Shown here piece by piece: positions 26,139 to 38,844 of a stretch of 64,000 bases of DNA. Position 1 is the stretch's first letter, and the number at the start of each line of letters is the position of its first letter. This stretch comes from Octopus vulgaris (taxonomy: Eukaryota): the NCBI GenBank assembly GCA_951406725.2, contig OX597823.1, positions 4,588,001-4,652,000 of the forward strand. The letters run 5' to 3'. Position numbers and translations under genes: made by a program. The notes below the pieces were generated by a model that made no database searches, was not told the DNA's origin, and saw nothing but the letters and a program-made list of their open reading frames with translations.

Positions 26139-27983
26139 CTGAGAGAAAACAAGAAAACATTTTTTATTGTAATAACTAAAACTTTAATAAAATAACTACT
26201 GTAGCCACTACACTCATGGAGTGGTTGGCATTAGGAAGGGCATCCAGCCGTAGAAACACTGCCAAATCAGACTGGAGCCTGGTGCAGCCTTCTGGCTTCC
26301 CAGACCCCAGTTGAACCGTCCAACCCATGCTAACATGGAAAGCGGACACTAAACGATGATGATATGTTTAAAAGGAATAAAAGTAACATATAATAACATA
26401 AAAAAAACAAGCCTTACAATTAAATTAATATACACATTTGAAACAGGTCTTACATTAAATTATTTTAGTATATAACATTTTAATGTTTGTATAACGTTGC
26501 GTATGCAAATGTGGAACGGCTCTGGCTGTTGCATTTTGTTTCAAGTTTCTTTGACAAATTTTCTGAGACAAAATATCACAGTTACTGCTGTTGCATGTTT
26601 GTATATACATTATGTTATACACACAGTTTTATTTCTGTATACACATTGTTACATTATTCCATGCTTGAATGTGTGTTCTTATATATACTGTTTCATGTCT
26701 GAATATACATTATGTTATACACACTGGTATTTTAACCTAATAATTCTGTCCCTTGGCTCTAACATGGTGTGTTACCACTGAGTTGTTGTTATTGACCTCA
26801 TAATTTTGTGTTTTCACCCATTAAATGTGATTGAGTGAGAGAGGTAGTCTATCATAGATCTTAACACACCCAAAATGACAGGGTCCCATCTGAACTAGGG
26901 CCATATTTTTTCCCCATGACTAGACCCTGAGGGTACACTCTGGCAATGCTACCATTATCTCTTTCTGGCTCCACTTCAACTGACACCCACCCTCATATAA
27001 AATGCAGGGTAGCCATACATTGTCTCAACTACAACAAACCTGTTGCTGTCCCTTCTACTATACTTTAACCCTTTAGCATTTAAACCAGCTAAAATATTCT
27101 GCTTGTTTTATGTTCAAACTGGCCATATTCAGCATCTCTCACCTACCCTACAATGCCATCCTAAAAATAAACAATCACATCATTGAAATCACAAAGCCAC
27201 AAGATAATGTAGGATCAATTCAAATCAATGTGAAGTCCCTGCCTCTGACTTTTGCAGGGCTTCAAGACTGTCGTGCATTGGAAAATAGGTTGCAACTGTT
27301 AGATTGTCGCAGGAGGAAACAGTGCCACAAGATATTGAGGCATCCTCAGAATATCTACAAGAGAGTGGGTTCTGCTAGAGGCACCCAAGGGTCACTTACT
27401 AAAGGGAGAGGCCTGCTGTCCAAGAACAGGTATGCTCCATCTGAGAGACATCAACATAGCTTCTGTCTTCCCAGTTTCACTTCCAAAGGTTGGATCAATC
27501 CAAAGTTATAGCAGAAGATCTACTGACACTTTATGCAGAGAAACTGAACTCAGAACAACAAGACTACAAAATGAAATTCTTAACCAGGCAGCCCAGTGCT
27601 GTGTCCATTTTGTATTTTATAAAAAGTGAAAGTTATTTAACCCTTTTGACACCAACCCACCTGAGACCACCACCCTTAACCCTTTGATACAAACTCCCTG
27701 TTTTGAAGTGATCTAAATTTAAACCTTCCCTCAAAATTTCATCTTAATGTTCCAAGCACTAGTTTAATAATGACATATTTTAGTTTATTAAACTCATTAT
27801 TTCCAAAATTAATTGAGGCAGTGTATTTCAGAAGAAATATGACAATGAAATGGTTAACAAAATATTTCAAAATCTCCAAGACTTATATTTTTGGAAACTG
27901 AGTATTTTATCTTTACAACATTTTGTCATTTAAATGTAATTCAAGTTGACCAAAATTAGCAGCAAAAAAAATCATAAAATTAC

Positions 27984-28038
27984 CTGATTTTATTTTTGAA
28001 GTTTCTCTCGTTGCATCTTGAGAAGCTTGTCGAGTCGA
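27984..28038 (-). CDS. KIF2A: Kinesin-13 exon STRQASQDATRETSKIKS (55 nt, phase 0->1)
   Basis: gtttag / gtaatt; supplies the phase 0->1 bridge needed between upstream exons and the 26138 exon. Confidence 0.85.
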
Positions 28039-29899
28039 CTAAACCAAAGATAAAAATAACAAGTTATAAAGAAAACATCAAAACATTTTCAACAACAACA
28101 ACATCAAGGAGAAAACTTAGAGACAAACACTGAGAACATTATATACAAAATTATTTTTTCTGTTATTAATTGGCAACAGTTCCAGAGTGACTCAAGGGCC
28201 AAAAGTTTCATGCAATGATTGGTACTGATCAGCTTGATAACGAATACCAATCAATAACGAGAAATATATATACACACACACTCATGTTTTGAGTTCTATT
28301 TTCCTGTTTGTATCACCAAACCTGTATATACACTCACACACACATACATAAATAAATAAATACAGTAATGTGTACACACACACACACTGCAAAGGGTGTC
28401 ACATTCTTTTACCCCCTTTTTTGGTAATCATAACGTTGCCCCTGTCTGATTTGATTCTCCATCTATTTTTTCCCAATAAACATCTTCATAAACTAAAATA
28501 TTTTTATATTTTACTGAGACCAACCAAGTTCAAATTGTCCTTATTTCTTTGGTACCATGTATAAATACCATCTGTAGAAAAACAATGAGTAGAACAACCA
28601 ACGGTTATTCCTTAAGATAATTAAACAAGACATTCTCTTTTTCTGCCCATCTCTTCTCAAACAGAACATAAAAAAAGTGTAAAAAGAGCAGCACACATCA
28701 AACTTGTCAAATGAATTGATGCGTTTTCTTTTTTTTTATTGCCAACATAAAGTAATTGGATGACAGTATTTTTCATGAAATAACATCTGTTGTAAATTAA
28801 ATAAATTAGGAGTAATTTGTAGGAATTAAATGAAACAGAATCCAAGCAAACTGGTGGTGACCGTCTGCACTGAACAAGACTTTTATTATTTGGAAAAACT
28901 AACAGAAAGAATACTGTGAAATCAGTAGGAGGAGAGGAATATCCATTTTGGACAGACACCTTCTTCAGAGTAAAGTTGAGGAAAGCTTAAGAGACGAACT
29001 ATAAGTAAAAATCCTATTTGATGACATAAAGATGAATAAACGTATTAGACACAGCCTAATTTCAGCAGTGCACGTTGGGAAAAACGTTTTTAATCCAGTA
29101 GAACTTGTAATATGGACTCAACTTGGAATAGAGGACAAAGGGCGATTTTTGGAGACATTTAAATGTGCATCTAACAAGACATCAAATACAGTCCTTTATG
29201 CCTAAAACATGTGTAAATGAGATTGTGTATGATCTGACATGGGTTTCCTGACACCAACAGCAGTAATACTTGAACAAGGCTGGACAAGACCAGGAGAGTG
29301 GAGACAGAATCAGGAAAGAATGACTGGCTTTTGACAAGACTCAGAGCCAGGGACAAAATGTATCAACTACAACTTGTAATAGAACTCATTCAACTTGCCA
29401 ATTTCACAGATTGAAACAGCAACAAGCAGTCGGATGATTTACAATGACAATGATGAAATAAATGTTCAGTGTGCTGAATACTTTTGAATTAATGTAAGAA
29501 ATATATTAGTTTAATTACAAACAAGAGTCTGAAAACCTGGACTCTGACACAATTTAAGATGCCAGACTTTGGCACATAAACTGACATGCCAGAAGAGTCA
29601 AATGGTTTTGTGTATCATTTCCCATGGCCTAGTTTTGAACAAACAGTTCTTGATTTTGTTGTGGCCAAATCTAACTGGCTTGGATTCGAAAAGGTTAGGA
29701 AACCAAAGTTTTTAGTTTAGTCAAAGAATTTCAATCAAAACAATATATCTATATAAAAAGAGGTTCTTCCAAAAATTCTTGATATGATAACAAGACTTTG
29801 TAAGGTGGGGCTAAATAGAAACCATAAAAACATAACCTAACTATTTGAATTTTCAGTCTTATGTTTAAAGCTGAGAGTAATGAAGGACTGAAAAAGGTA

Positions 29900-30178
29900 A
29901 CATTATTTACATTTGTCCTCATCTTGTTTGTTGTTATCACGTTTCGGCTGATCTACTCTCCAGCCTTCATCAGGTGTCTTGGGGAAATTTTGAATCTGAG
30001 TTCTCAATCCTAAGGTATTTTTTGATGCTATAATTATTATTCAGGTCACTGAAGGATAGGAAAATATTAGACTTATAAGCCTTAAAATTCACTCCATAAT
30101 TGCCCATGGGCATATGGTGTAGTATTTAAAAGTGCAGGCTACTAACCCCAAGAATCTGAGTTCGATTCCAGGCAGTGA

Positions 30179-30234
<56 letters not shown>

Positions 30235-30396
30235 GCATCACCTTAGGAATGAGAACCCAGGTTCGAAATTTCCCCAAGACACAGAGGGTATATCAGCTGA
30301 AACGTTGTGCTAACAACAAACAAAATGAGGACAAATATCTGTCAAATGTAAATAATGTAAATAAAGTAGATAATTCCTCATCTCTTAAATACAGAA
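29900..30396. mobile_element. tRNA-headed, hammerhead-bearing Penelope-like element: + copy 30108-30396 with inverted headless copy 29900-30051
   Basis: Head GGGCATATGGTGTAGTATTTAAAAGTGCAGGCTACTAACCCCAAGAATCTGAGTTCGATTCC, then (AAT)n, then body; the inverted arm carries GACAC-CTGATGA-A-GGCTG-n10-CAGCC-GAAAC. Confidence 0.75.
29935..29978 (-). ncRNA. Minimal hammerhead ribozyme motif (core intact, 3' stem-I arm degenerate)
   Basis: CTGATGA core, GGCTG/CAGCC stem II, GAAAC. Confidence 0.55.
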
Positions 30397-31881
30397 ATGT
30401 GTTGAAAAATCCAAGTTTCATATTCATCAAGTGGAATTAATACACAAGAAAAAGACAAGAGGATCACTTGTGAATGGATTTCACTATATCATAATAATGA
30501 TTCTTTCTACTAAAGGGACAAGGCATTGAAATGGGTGGGGTGGGGGAGTCAACCACATCACTCCCAGTACTTGAGTGGTACATGGTACTTTGTTTTTTCC
30601 AACTCTGAAAGGATGAGAAGTAAAGGTGAACTTGGAACCTAAAACGCCACTAGAAATGCAACAGTGCATTTTGTCAGGGAGGGCAGGGGTGGAGGTAATG
30701 TTTCTACCAGCTCTACCACCTTAATGATCAGGGCTGTAGAGTCGAAACAAAAACTCAGATTCCTCCACTATTGGCACCTCCGACTCCTCTTTATGTAGTG
30801 ATTGTGGTCTACCTATCTCATAAAGTATATGCATACGCTTGTACTCTGAGTAGGCCTGTAGGTTATAACTGTAGGTCAATACCATCACCCCCAGTACACA
30901 ACTGGTACTCATTTCATCAACCTTCAAAGAATAAAAGGCAAAGTCAACCTCAGCAGCATTCAAACTTTGGACATAAAAAGTTCCGAGAAATGCTGCTAAG
31001 TATTTTGCCCGATGTGCTAATAATGGTTCTACCAGAAATTGGTTAAAAGCTACAGATTTAGTAGCTATCCTACTAAATGGAAATAATACTATACATGAAT
31101 TAAGAGTTGATCAACTGCTCAAATGATGTTAATGTTCAGTTAGTTTAATCCATGATACTAAAGATAACTTGAACAACAGATTAAAGGATTTGTGATCAGC
31201 TTAACAACCCAAACACCGCCTTGACATTGGTTCATGTAAAAGAAATGTTTAAACTATAAACTTCATCATGATTGCTTGAGTGTGCAGATTATAATATGGC
31301 CAGATGCCCTTCCTGTCACTAACCCTCATCTGTTTCAAAGCAAGGTAATACCCACCCACCCCCACAACCAGACAGGTTTTTCACAGAATGCTGAAAATGG
31401 ATGGCACTGCTTGTATAACAGTGACACTCATTTACAACAACCACGTGATGGCAACTCAAAGACACACACAAATATGCATACATAGAATGGGCTTCTTTCA
31501 ATTTCCACCAATCATATTCACTAACAAAGTTTTAGTCAACCCAAAGCTCTAAAGACACCTGCCCAAGGCACTGCACAATGAGAATGAACCTGAAACCATT
31601 TGGTTGGGAACCAAATCGCACAGCCACACTGGCACCTTTATCAAACTATCACTGTTAACAGGAATCAGTCACTGTAACTGTTGATTTGAAATATGAAATG
31701 TCCCAGTTTTTGAAACGCAGGAAGAATAAAATCTGTTTGGTTTATGGCCAATAAAATTAAGATTTCAATACACAATTAACAAGTATGAATAATTAAAAAC
31801 ACAGACAAAGAAAATATTAGTTAACGAAAAAGCAAGACATAACGAAATACAGAAAGGAAGCATACGTATGTTATTCATAAA

Positions 31882-31917
<36 letters not shown>

Positions 31918-32175
31918 ATAAACACTGGATACCATTGGCAAAGCTTAAAATATTTTTGGAGAGATGTGTATATTTACACACACACACACACATAACAAAT
32001 TTTACATTAAACTGTAGGATTATTCTATCTGCTTTAGAGTACATATTAACTTTTACAAGGAAATAGGGAAAAAAAGTTGACAGTGACTTCGAAGTTCTAG
32101 CTTGCTCACCTTCATCAGACAATCTAACAAAAGTGAGCAAACTGAAGCTTTGAAGTCACTGTCAATCTTTACCTC

Positions 32176-32483
32176 ATGTGTGTGTGTATGTGTGTGTGTA
32201 TATGTGTGTGTGTGTGTATGTATGTGTGTATATATGTATGTGTATGTATGTGTATATATGTGTGTGTGTGTGTATATGTATATGTGTGTGTATATGTATG
32301 TATATGTGTATATATATGTGTATGTATATGTGTATATATATATGTGTGTGTGTATATATGTATGTACATGTGTATATATATATATGTATGTGTATGTATA
32401 TATGTGTGTGTGTATGTGTATATATATATATATATGTGTGTGTGTGTATGTATGTATATATGCGTGTGTGTGTGTATGTGTAA

Positions 32484-32518
<35 letters not shown>
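32176..32518. repeat. ~340-bp alternating purine-pyrimidine (TG/TA) low-complexity tract
   Basis: Directly visible; source of many spurious ORFs. Confidence 0.95.
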
Positions 32519-35187
32519 ATTCATAAAGCTTAAAGTATTTTTGAAGGGGAAGTGTATTATTTACATAAAACATGCCAATAATGAATAATAAATTGATATA
32601 AAATTAATAATAGCAATTGCATCTCACCCGCTGCACAAATGGAAAGCACCAGCTGACACTTTGGATGTGTTTAGGGGAATCCAACCCGTTGCAAGTATGC
32701 AAGCTTGATTTTTGATTTGGGGATAGCATTCTCCCTCCCTCCACAAGCTTGGAGACCCTGCCTCACATTGCTCATTATATGTATATGGGGGAGCTTGTAC
32801 AGTGTGCTGTGGCCTGTCCTGCAACCTCTCAAGCTGAAAGATTGCACAACAGTGCCATGGCATGGTAAACAGGCTCATCCAACAATTACAGTATCAGAAC
32901 ATGAAACTTAAAGTAGCTCACATATAAATCCTGTGTTTATTAAATGACATCTCTTGCCGGATGGAGTGCCTATCTGTTGATTCCACCAATAATGATGTTA
33001 ATGTTCAGTTAGTTTAATCCAAGATACTGAATAGTTAATATTTTCTCTCTCTCTCTGGTCAAGTAACCATGTACCTCCTCTCATAGTAAGACACCTGTTT
33101 CTACCTATCTGTCTCACTCTAACCTTTCATCATCTGACACAAGATCACTTCCTCCAATACCCCCCTCCCCTCTCAAAGGTTCTTTTGTCATGATGGTGCC
33201 ATGTAAAAAGCATCCAGTCCACACTGTGAAGTGGTTGGCATTTGGAAGGGCATCCAGCTGCAAAAACCATGCCAAAATTGACCTCATTTGTGCTGGTGTC
33301 ACGTAAGAAGCACTCTGTCCACTTTATAGGGTGGTTGGTGTTAGGAAAGGGCATGCCAAAACAAATGCAGAAGCCTGGTGTTGCCCTCTACCAGGCCAGC
33401 TCCTGTTAAACCATCCAACCCATGCCAGCATGGAATGCAGGCAGCAAATTTACAAGGCGAGCGTAAGTCGATTACATCAACATCCAGTACTTGCCTGGCA
33501 CTTTGTTTTAACCCCCAAAACGATGAAAGTTGATTTCAGCAGGATTTTCAACTCAGAACATAAAGAGCTGCCAGAAATAGCAGCAAACATTCCGTCTGCT
33601 AACGATTTCCCCAATTTGCCTCATTTAAAATTATTTTTGATTAAGAAACAATTTTGAGAAGGGGGTTAGTTTATATGATAATGGTTTTAAATTCTAGCAC
33701 ATGGGGTAGAGGAGAAACTGACTACCTTGGCCCCATGCTTGACTGGTACTTATTTTTCTTTACCCTAAAAGTATAATGGGCAGGGTCAACCCCAGTGAAA
33801 TTTGAACTTGGAATGTAAAGAGCTGGAAGAAATGCCACTAAGGTTATATTGTCCAGTGTGCTGATGGATTTTACCAACATTGGTTATCAGGCAGAGGGGG
33901 GGCAGACAGACACCAATACATACACAACAGGGTTTCACACAGTCTCCATCAACCACATCTACTCATAAGGCATTGATCGACCCAGGGATATAATAGACGA
34001 TACTTGCCCAAGGTACATGCAGTGGGACTGAACCCAAAACAATGTGGTTACAAAGCAAGCGTCTTAACTGCACAGCCATGCCCGGATATTCTGCAGACAG
34101 TTGTGAGTCAGTTCATTTAGTTGTGGAAAAGTACATTCCATCCAAGCTGAGAATATCACTCGAGGAAAACTCTTGTCCTCCTCTCCAGTCGAGTAAAACT
34201 CTTGTCCTCCTATCCAGTCTATTACACTGGGAGTAGGTAGTGGGTGGGTGGGTGGGTGGGTGGGTGGTGAATAAATCAAGATTACAAAACCTGAAATTAT
34301 GCACTGGTTTTATGAGTCCTTATGATTCATACACACACCTACACACATATATATATACGACTGTATAATACAACAAACAATAACAGGTACCACAAATAAT
34401 GAGCTATAACCAGCCTGCATTCATGGCATGTTATTTTTACTAATTTCACTTCAGGGTGGTGGGAAAACGAGTAACGTCAAGCATTGAAATACTTTTTGAA
34501 TAGAAAAAGGTATTCATCATATGAAATGAATTTTGAAAAATATCACCAGGTTTCTAAATATATTTTTAATCCTTTTGATACCAACTTGTCTGAGACAGTC
34601 TCTGATTCTATCATACAAACTTACTTCATAAAAATTCTATGTTAATTTATGTTCCAAACACCAGCTTAATAATGACAAAATTCTTCATTATTTTCAAAAT
34701 TAAATGAAACAAAAGCAATGTTTTCCAGAATACAAGAAATTAATTTTTCTATTTTAACGATGACAGTCATTGTTTTGTCATCTCTTGTAGAAGAATGGCT
34801 GAGAAGTTAAGCAGCAGAAAGTTTAACACTTTAGTCTATAAAAAGGCCACATCCAGCCGAAACCTTGCACCAATTTTATGCTCAAACCAGCCAGATCAGG
34901 CTTACGTCATTCTAAAAATAAACAATCACATCATCAAAATCACAAATGACAATGGATGATTAATTCAAAACAATGTGGAAAAAAAAAACACATCTGACTA
35001 ATCTGAATACTAAAGAGTTAAACTCAGTTATAATGCTCCTACCATCACGTGATACACCTGAAGAAGGTCTTATCTCACCTTAATCAGTCTCACCAATTCC
35101 ACTTCTACTTTAGCCATTTTGATACCATCTGGCCTCAGTCTACCCCTGGTTGTTAAATACAAACTTGTTTTAAAATTATCTAAATTA

Positions 35188-35358
35188 GGCGCAGGAGTGG
35201 CTGTGTGGTAAGTAGCTTGCTAACCAACCACATGGTTCCGGGTTCAGTCCCACTGCGTGGCATCTTGGGCAAGTGTCTTCTGCTATAGCCCCGGGCCGAC
35301 CAATGCCTTGTGAGTGGATTTGGTAGACGGAAACTGAAAGAAGCCTCTCGTATATATG

Positions 35359-35404
<46 letters not shown>

Positions 35405-35588
35405 TCCCCCTAGCATTGCTTGACAACCAATGCTGGTGTGTTTATGTCCCCGTCACTAAGCGGTTCGGCAAAAGAGACCGATAGAATAAATACTGGGCTT
35501 ACAAAGAATAAGTCCCGGGGTCGATTTGCTCGACTAAAGGCGGTGCTCCAGCATGGCCACAATCAAATGACTGAAACAAGTAAAAGAG
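35188..35588 (+). mobile_element. Full-length tRNA-derived SINE nested inside a MITE (~35115-35745)
   Basis: GGCGCAGGAGTGGCTGTGTGGTAAG head, GGGTTCAGTCCC B-box-like motif; TAAATTA repeated at 35181-35187 and 35589-35595; MITE sequence resumes on both sides. Confidence 0.85.
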
Positions 35589-36803
35589 TAAATTAAAAGC
35601 TTCCTTCAAAATTTCCTGCTGATTTATGATCCAAACACCAGCCTAGAAATGATAAAACTAGTGAAATTAAATTCCTCATTATTGTTAATGTTAATTGAAA
35701 CAAAGGTAGTGGATTTCAGCAGAAATATGGCAACTGAAAATGTTAAAAGAACATACAATTTTTTTTTTTCCATTTTGTCTGTCTACAACAATGTTTCTTA
35801 AGATTTTTTTATTAATGACCCCCTCCCCCGTTTAATCTACTAAATGCTCCTAGCCATTTATGTTTTAAAAAATCTTATATTTTTATAATTAAATATTATT
35901 AGAAATTATATTTAAAAAATTGTTAAAATATTTTAAACAATAAAATCTTACACAGACCCCCACCCCAAGGGTCATATGGACTACAGTTGAGAACTACTGG
36001 CCCTAAAACATTATATATCATTGCTATCATTCTGTCTTTGTGATTTTGGTACCTCATGAAACAAATTTCAAGTGAATTTAATAGATTTTTCTTAAATGTT
36101 TGCATTTCTATGCTTGCAGGGGTCAGATGGAAATTGTTGAGGCAGTTTTTCTATGGCTAGATACCCTACCCTGTTGACAACATTTACCCGTTTCCAAGTA
36201 AGGTAATACTTCTCCCCATGGCAGGCAAGCTTTCACACAACACTGGAAATGACTAACTCTGCTTGTATGACCGTGACACACATTGACAACCCATCATGTG
36301 GTGTCAAGACAAGGAGACACTAACACACACACAATTTCAGTTTCCTTCTACCACATCCACTCAAAAGTTTTGGTCAGCCCAGGGTTGTAGTAAAAGGATT
36401 CATTCAACACAACGGAACTGAAACCAAAACTACAATGGTTGGCTTCTTAACTACACAGCCATCATCATCGTTTAACATCCACTTTCCATGCTAGCATGGG
36501 TTGGACCATTTTGACTGAGGGCTGGCAAACCAGATGGCTGCACCAGGCTCCAATCTTGATCTGGCAGAGTTTCTACTGCTGGATGCCTTTCCTAACACCA
36601 ACCACTCCAAGAGTGTAGTGGGCCCTTTTGTGTGCCACCAGCATGGGGCCAGTCAGGCAGTACTGACAATGACCTCACTCGAATCTTTTACACATGCCAC
36701 CGGAATAGGTGCCAGTAAGGCGACGCTGGTAACGATTATGCTCGAATGGTGCCCTTAGGTGCCACTGGCTCAGATCTTGCTCTTGGCACCCTACTAGCGC
36801 AGC

Positions 36804-36843
<40 letters not shown>

Positions 36844-37132
36844 CACACATTTCATATGTATATCCTTGTTTTATTTTTAAAGTTCTATTTTCATTGTTTG
36901 ATTTGACTATATATATTTCTATATATATATATATAGATAGATAGATACACACACACAACCAGAGAGAGAGAGAGGGAGATGTTAATGTTTCTTTTTTTAA
37001 TGTTCAGTTGTAATAAAAACAATTTTACATGTCAGTCAATAATGTTCTTGTTTAAGAATGAATGAATATATACACATGCACACATACATATATGTATGTA
37101 TGTGCATGTGTATATATATATATATACATATA

Positions 37133-38355
37133 TTGGGTCATCCCATGAATAATGCAGTTTTTTCAATTGCATGAACCAAAAGTTGGAAGGGGACAGGATA
37201 AACTACCTGCATCAACTTGCTATAAAAGCAGGTAGTAATTTTACCTCGTACTTATTCTTAGTGCAAGTTTTGAGGAGTGCAGTTCAATTTTAACAGTTAT
37301 TTTTTCAAAGCTATAATGGAAGTGACAAAGGGGCATATTTGGCATATTTTGTTTTATTAGTTCAATAAAGGCAACAACGCAATGGAAAGTGCGAGGAATA
37401 TTAATTCAGTATATGGGGATCGGACAATAAGCGTAAGCCAGTGTCAATGGTAGTTCCAGAAATTCTGAGCTGGAAACTTCAGCCTAGAAGACAAGCCTCA
37501 TCCTGGAAGACCTGTAGAGCTCAATGAGGACGTCTTGCAAAACCCTGGCAGAACAAAACCCCATCGTAGCTGTTGAGGAACTAGCAGAGAAGTTTGGATT
37601 TGGTCATTCAACCATTCATCAACCTGTGCATGCCACTGGAAAATTCAGCGCAACTGGGCCAATGGGTTCCTCACAAACTTTCCAAGTCTAATCGTGCATA
37701 GAGAGTGAATGTGTACTCTCCTTTGCTGTCACATCTCACGAATGAACCTTTTTTTGGACCAAATAGTGACTGGTGATGAGAAATGGGTTCTCTCTAAAAA
37801 TGTCAAGCGCCAAAGACAGTGGGTAGGGAAAGGAGAAACACCGGCACCCCAGGCTAAAGAAGGTCTTCATCCACATAAGGTGTTGTTATCTGTTTGGTTG
37901 GATGTGAAAGGGTTAGTCCACTTTGAACTTTTAAACCAAAACCAAACGATAATAAAGATCTACTGTGAGCAGCTTAAGCCAGAGCTAAAAGAAAAATGAC
38001 CATTTTTGGTTTCAAGACAGGTGTTCTTTCATCAGGATAATGCTTGGCCACATATAGCGTGGATGACATTCCAAAGTCTGGGGCAGTTTGAATGGGAAAT
38101 GATGCTCCACCCACCATATTCGCCGGACATTTCCCCATCATTTACTCCCCAGTCCTCAAAATGATTTGGGCAGAAAAAATATGAAATCTGGTCGGAACAG
38201 TACTAGAAGAGTAATTTTCATCATGGACAGGTGAATTTTGGAAGAGCATTGTAGAAAATGGAGGAGATTATATTTTAGATTAAAAAAGTATTTTGTTCAT
38301 CTTAATTTTGAAAAATAAAAGTATAAAAAACCACATTATTTATGCGATGACCCAA
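37133..38355 (+). mobile_element. Full-length decayed mariner (Tc1/mariner) DNA transposon, ~1.22 kb
   Basis: TA flanks; TIRs TTGGGTCATCCCATGAATAATG / rc TTGGGTCATCGCATAAATAATG; transposase relics WVPH, IVTGDEKWV, HQDNA, HPPYSPD broken by stops and frameshifts. Confidence 0.93.
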
Positions 38356-38697
38356 TATAAAAGACCCATCTAGCACTCACCATATTTTCATTTCCAATCT
38401 TTTCAAATTAAACCCCAACCTCACCAGTAAGGAATAACCAATGCCCAAGATTATATACAAAAGGAACAAGAAGGAAAAAGAAAATAGGCAATGCATTCTT
38501 TGAACTGCTCAAAATATAATTTTTAAAAATACAATAAAAATTTGCTGCAACCAACAAAAATAAGCAGATAACAAAAAGTCGTGAATCTTGGCCATTTTTT
38601 TGTATAGCTGTGAGAAAAATGGAACTGAAAAATAGATGCTCAAAATGCAATAAACATGCAAAACTTTAACTACATAGGCTATTGTATTGAGTGTTAC

Positions 38698-38844
38698 CCT
38701 TTTCTGAGTATTGTTCCTTGCAGACTTGTTGGAGCTTCTAGAAACATCTGATCTTTTTTCAGAGCTGTCGTCTTCTATACTAACAGCATCATTCTCTGTT
38801 AGGTTATCCTCATCGCCATCACCGTTTTCATCTCCACACGAATC
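38698..38844 (-). CDS. KIF2A: Candidate kinesin-13 exon DSCGDENGDGDEDNLTENDAVSIEDDSSEKRSDVSRSSNKSARNNTQKR (147 nt, phase 0->0)
   Basis: Open frame, coding-like composition, weak aaag acceptor at 38845-46 and gtaaca donor; frame-neutral. Confidence 0.65.

Noticed and set aside
30108-30184. tRNA gene (also 54067-54137 and other SINE heads)
   Set aside because: A/B boxes are present, but there is no proper acceptor stem and the anticodon arm is imperfect (apparent ACT). It is fused to a repeat body, so it is a SINE-type head.
32991-33029. C/D-box snoRNA (ATGATG...CTGA)
   Set aside because: Only ~40 nt, antisense to the host gene, and the sister copy lacks CTGA.
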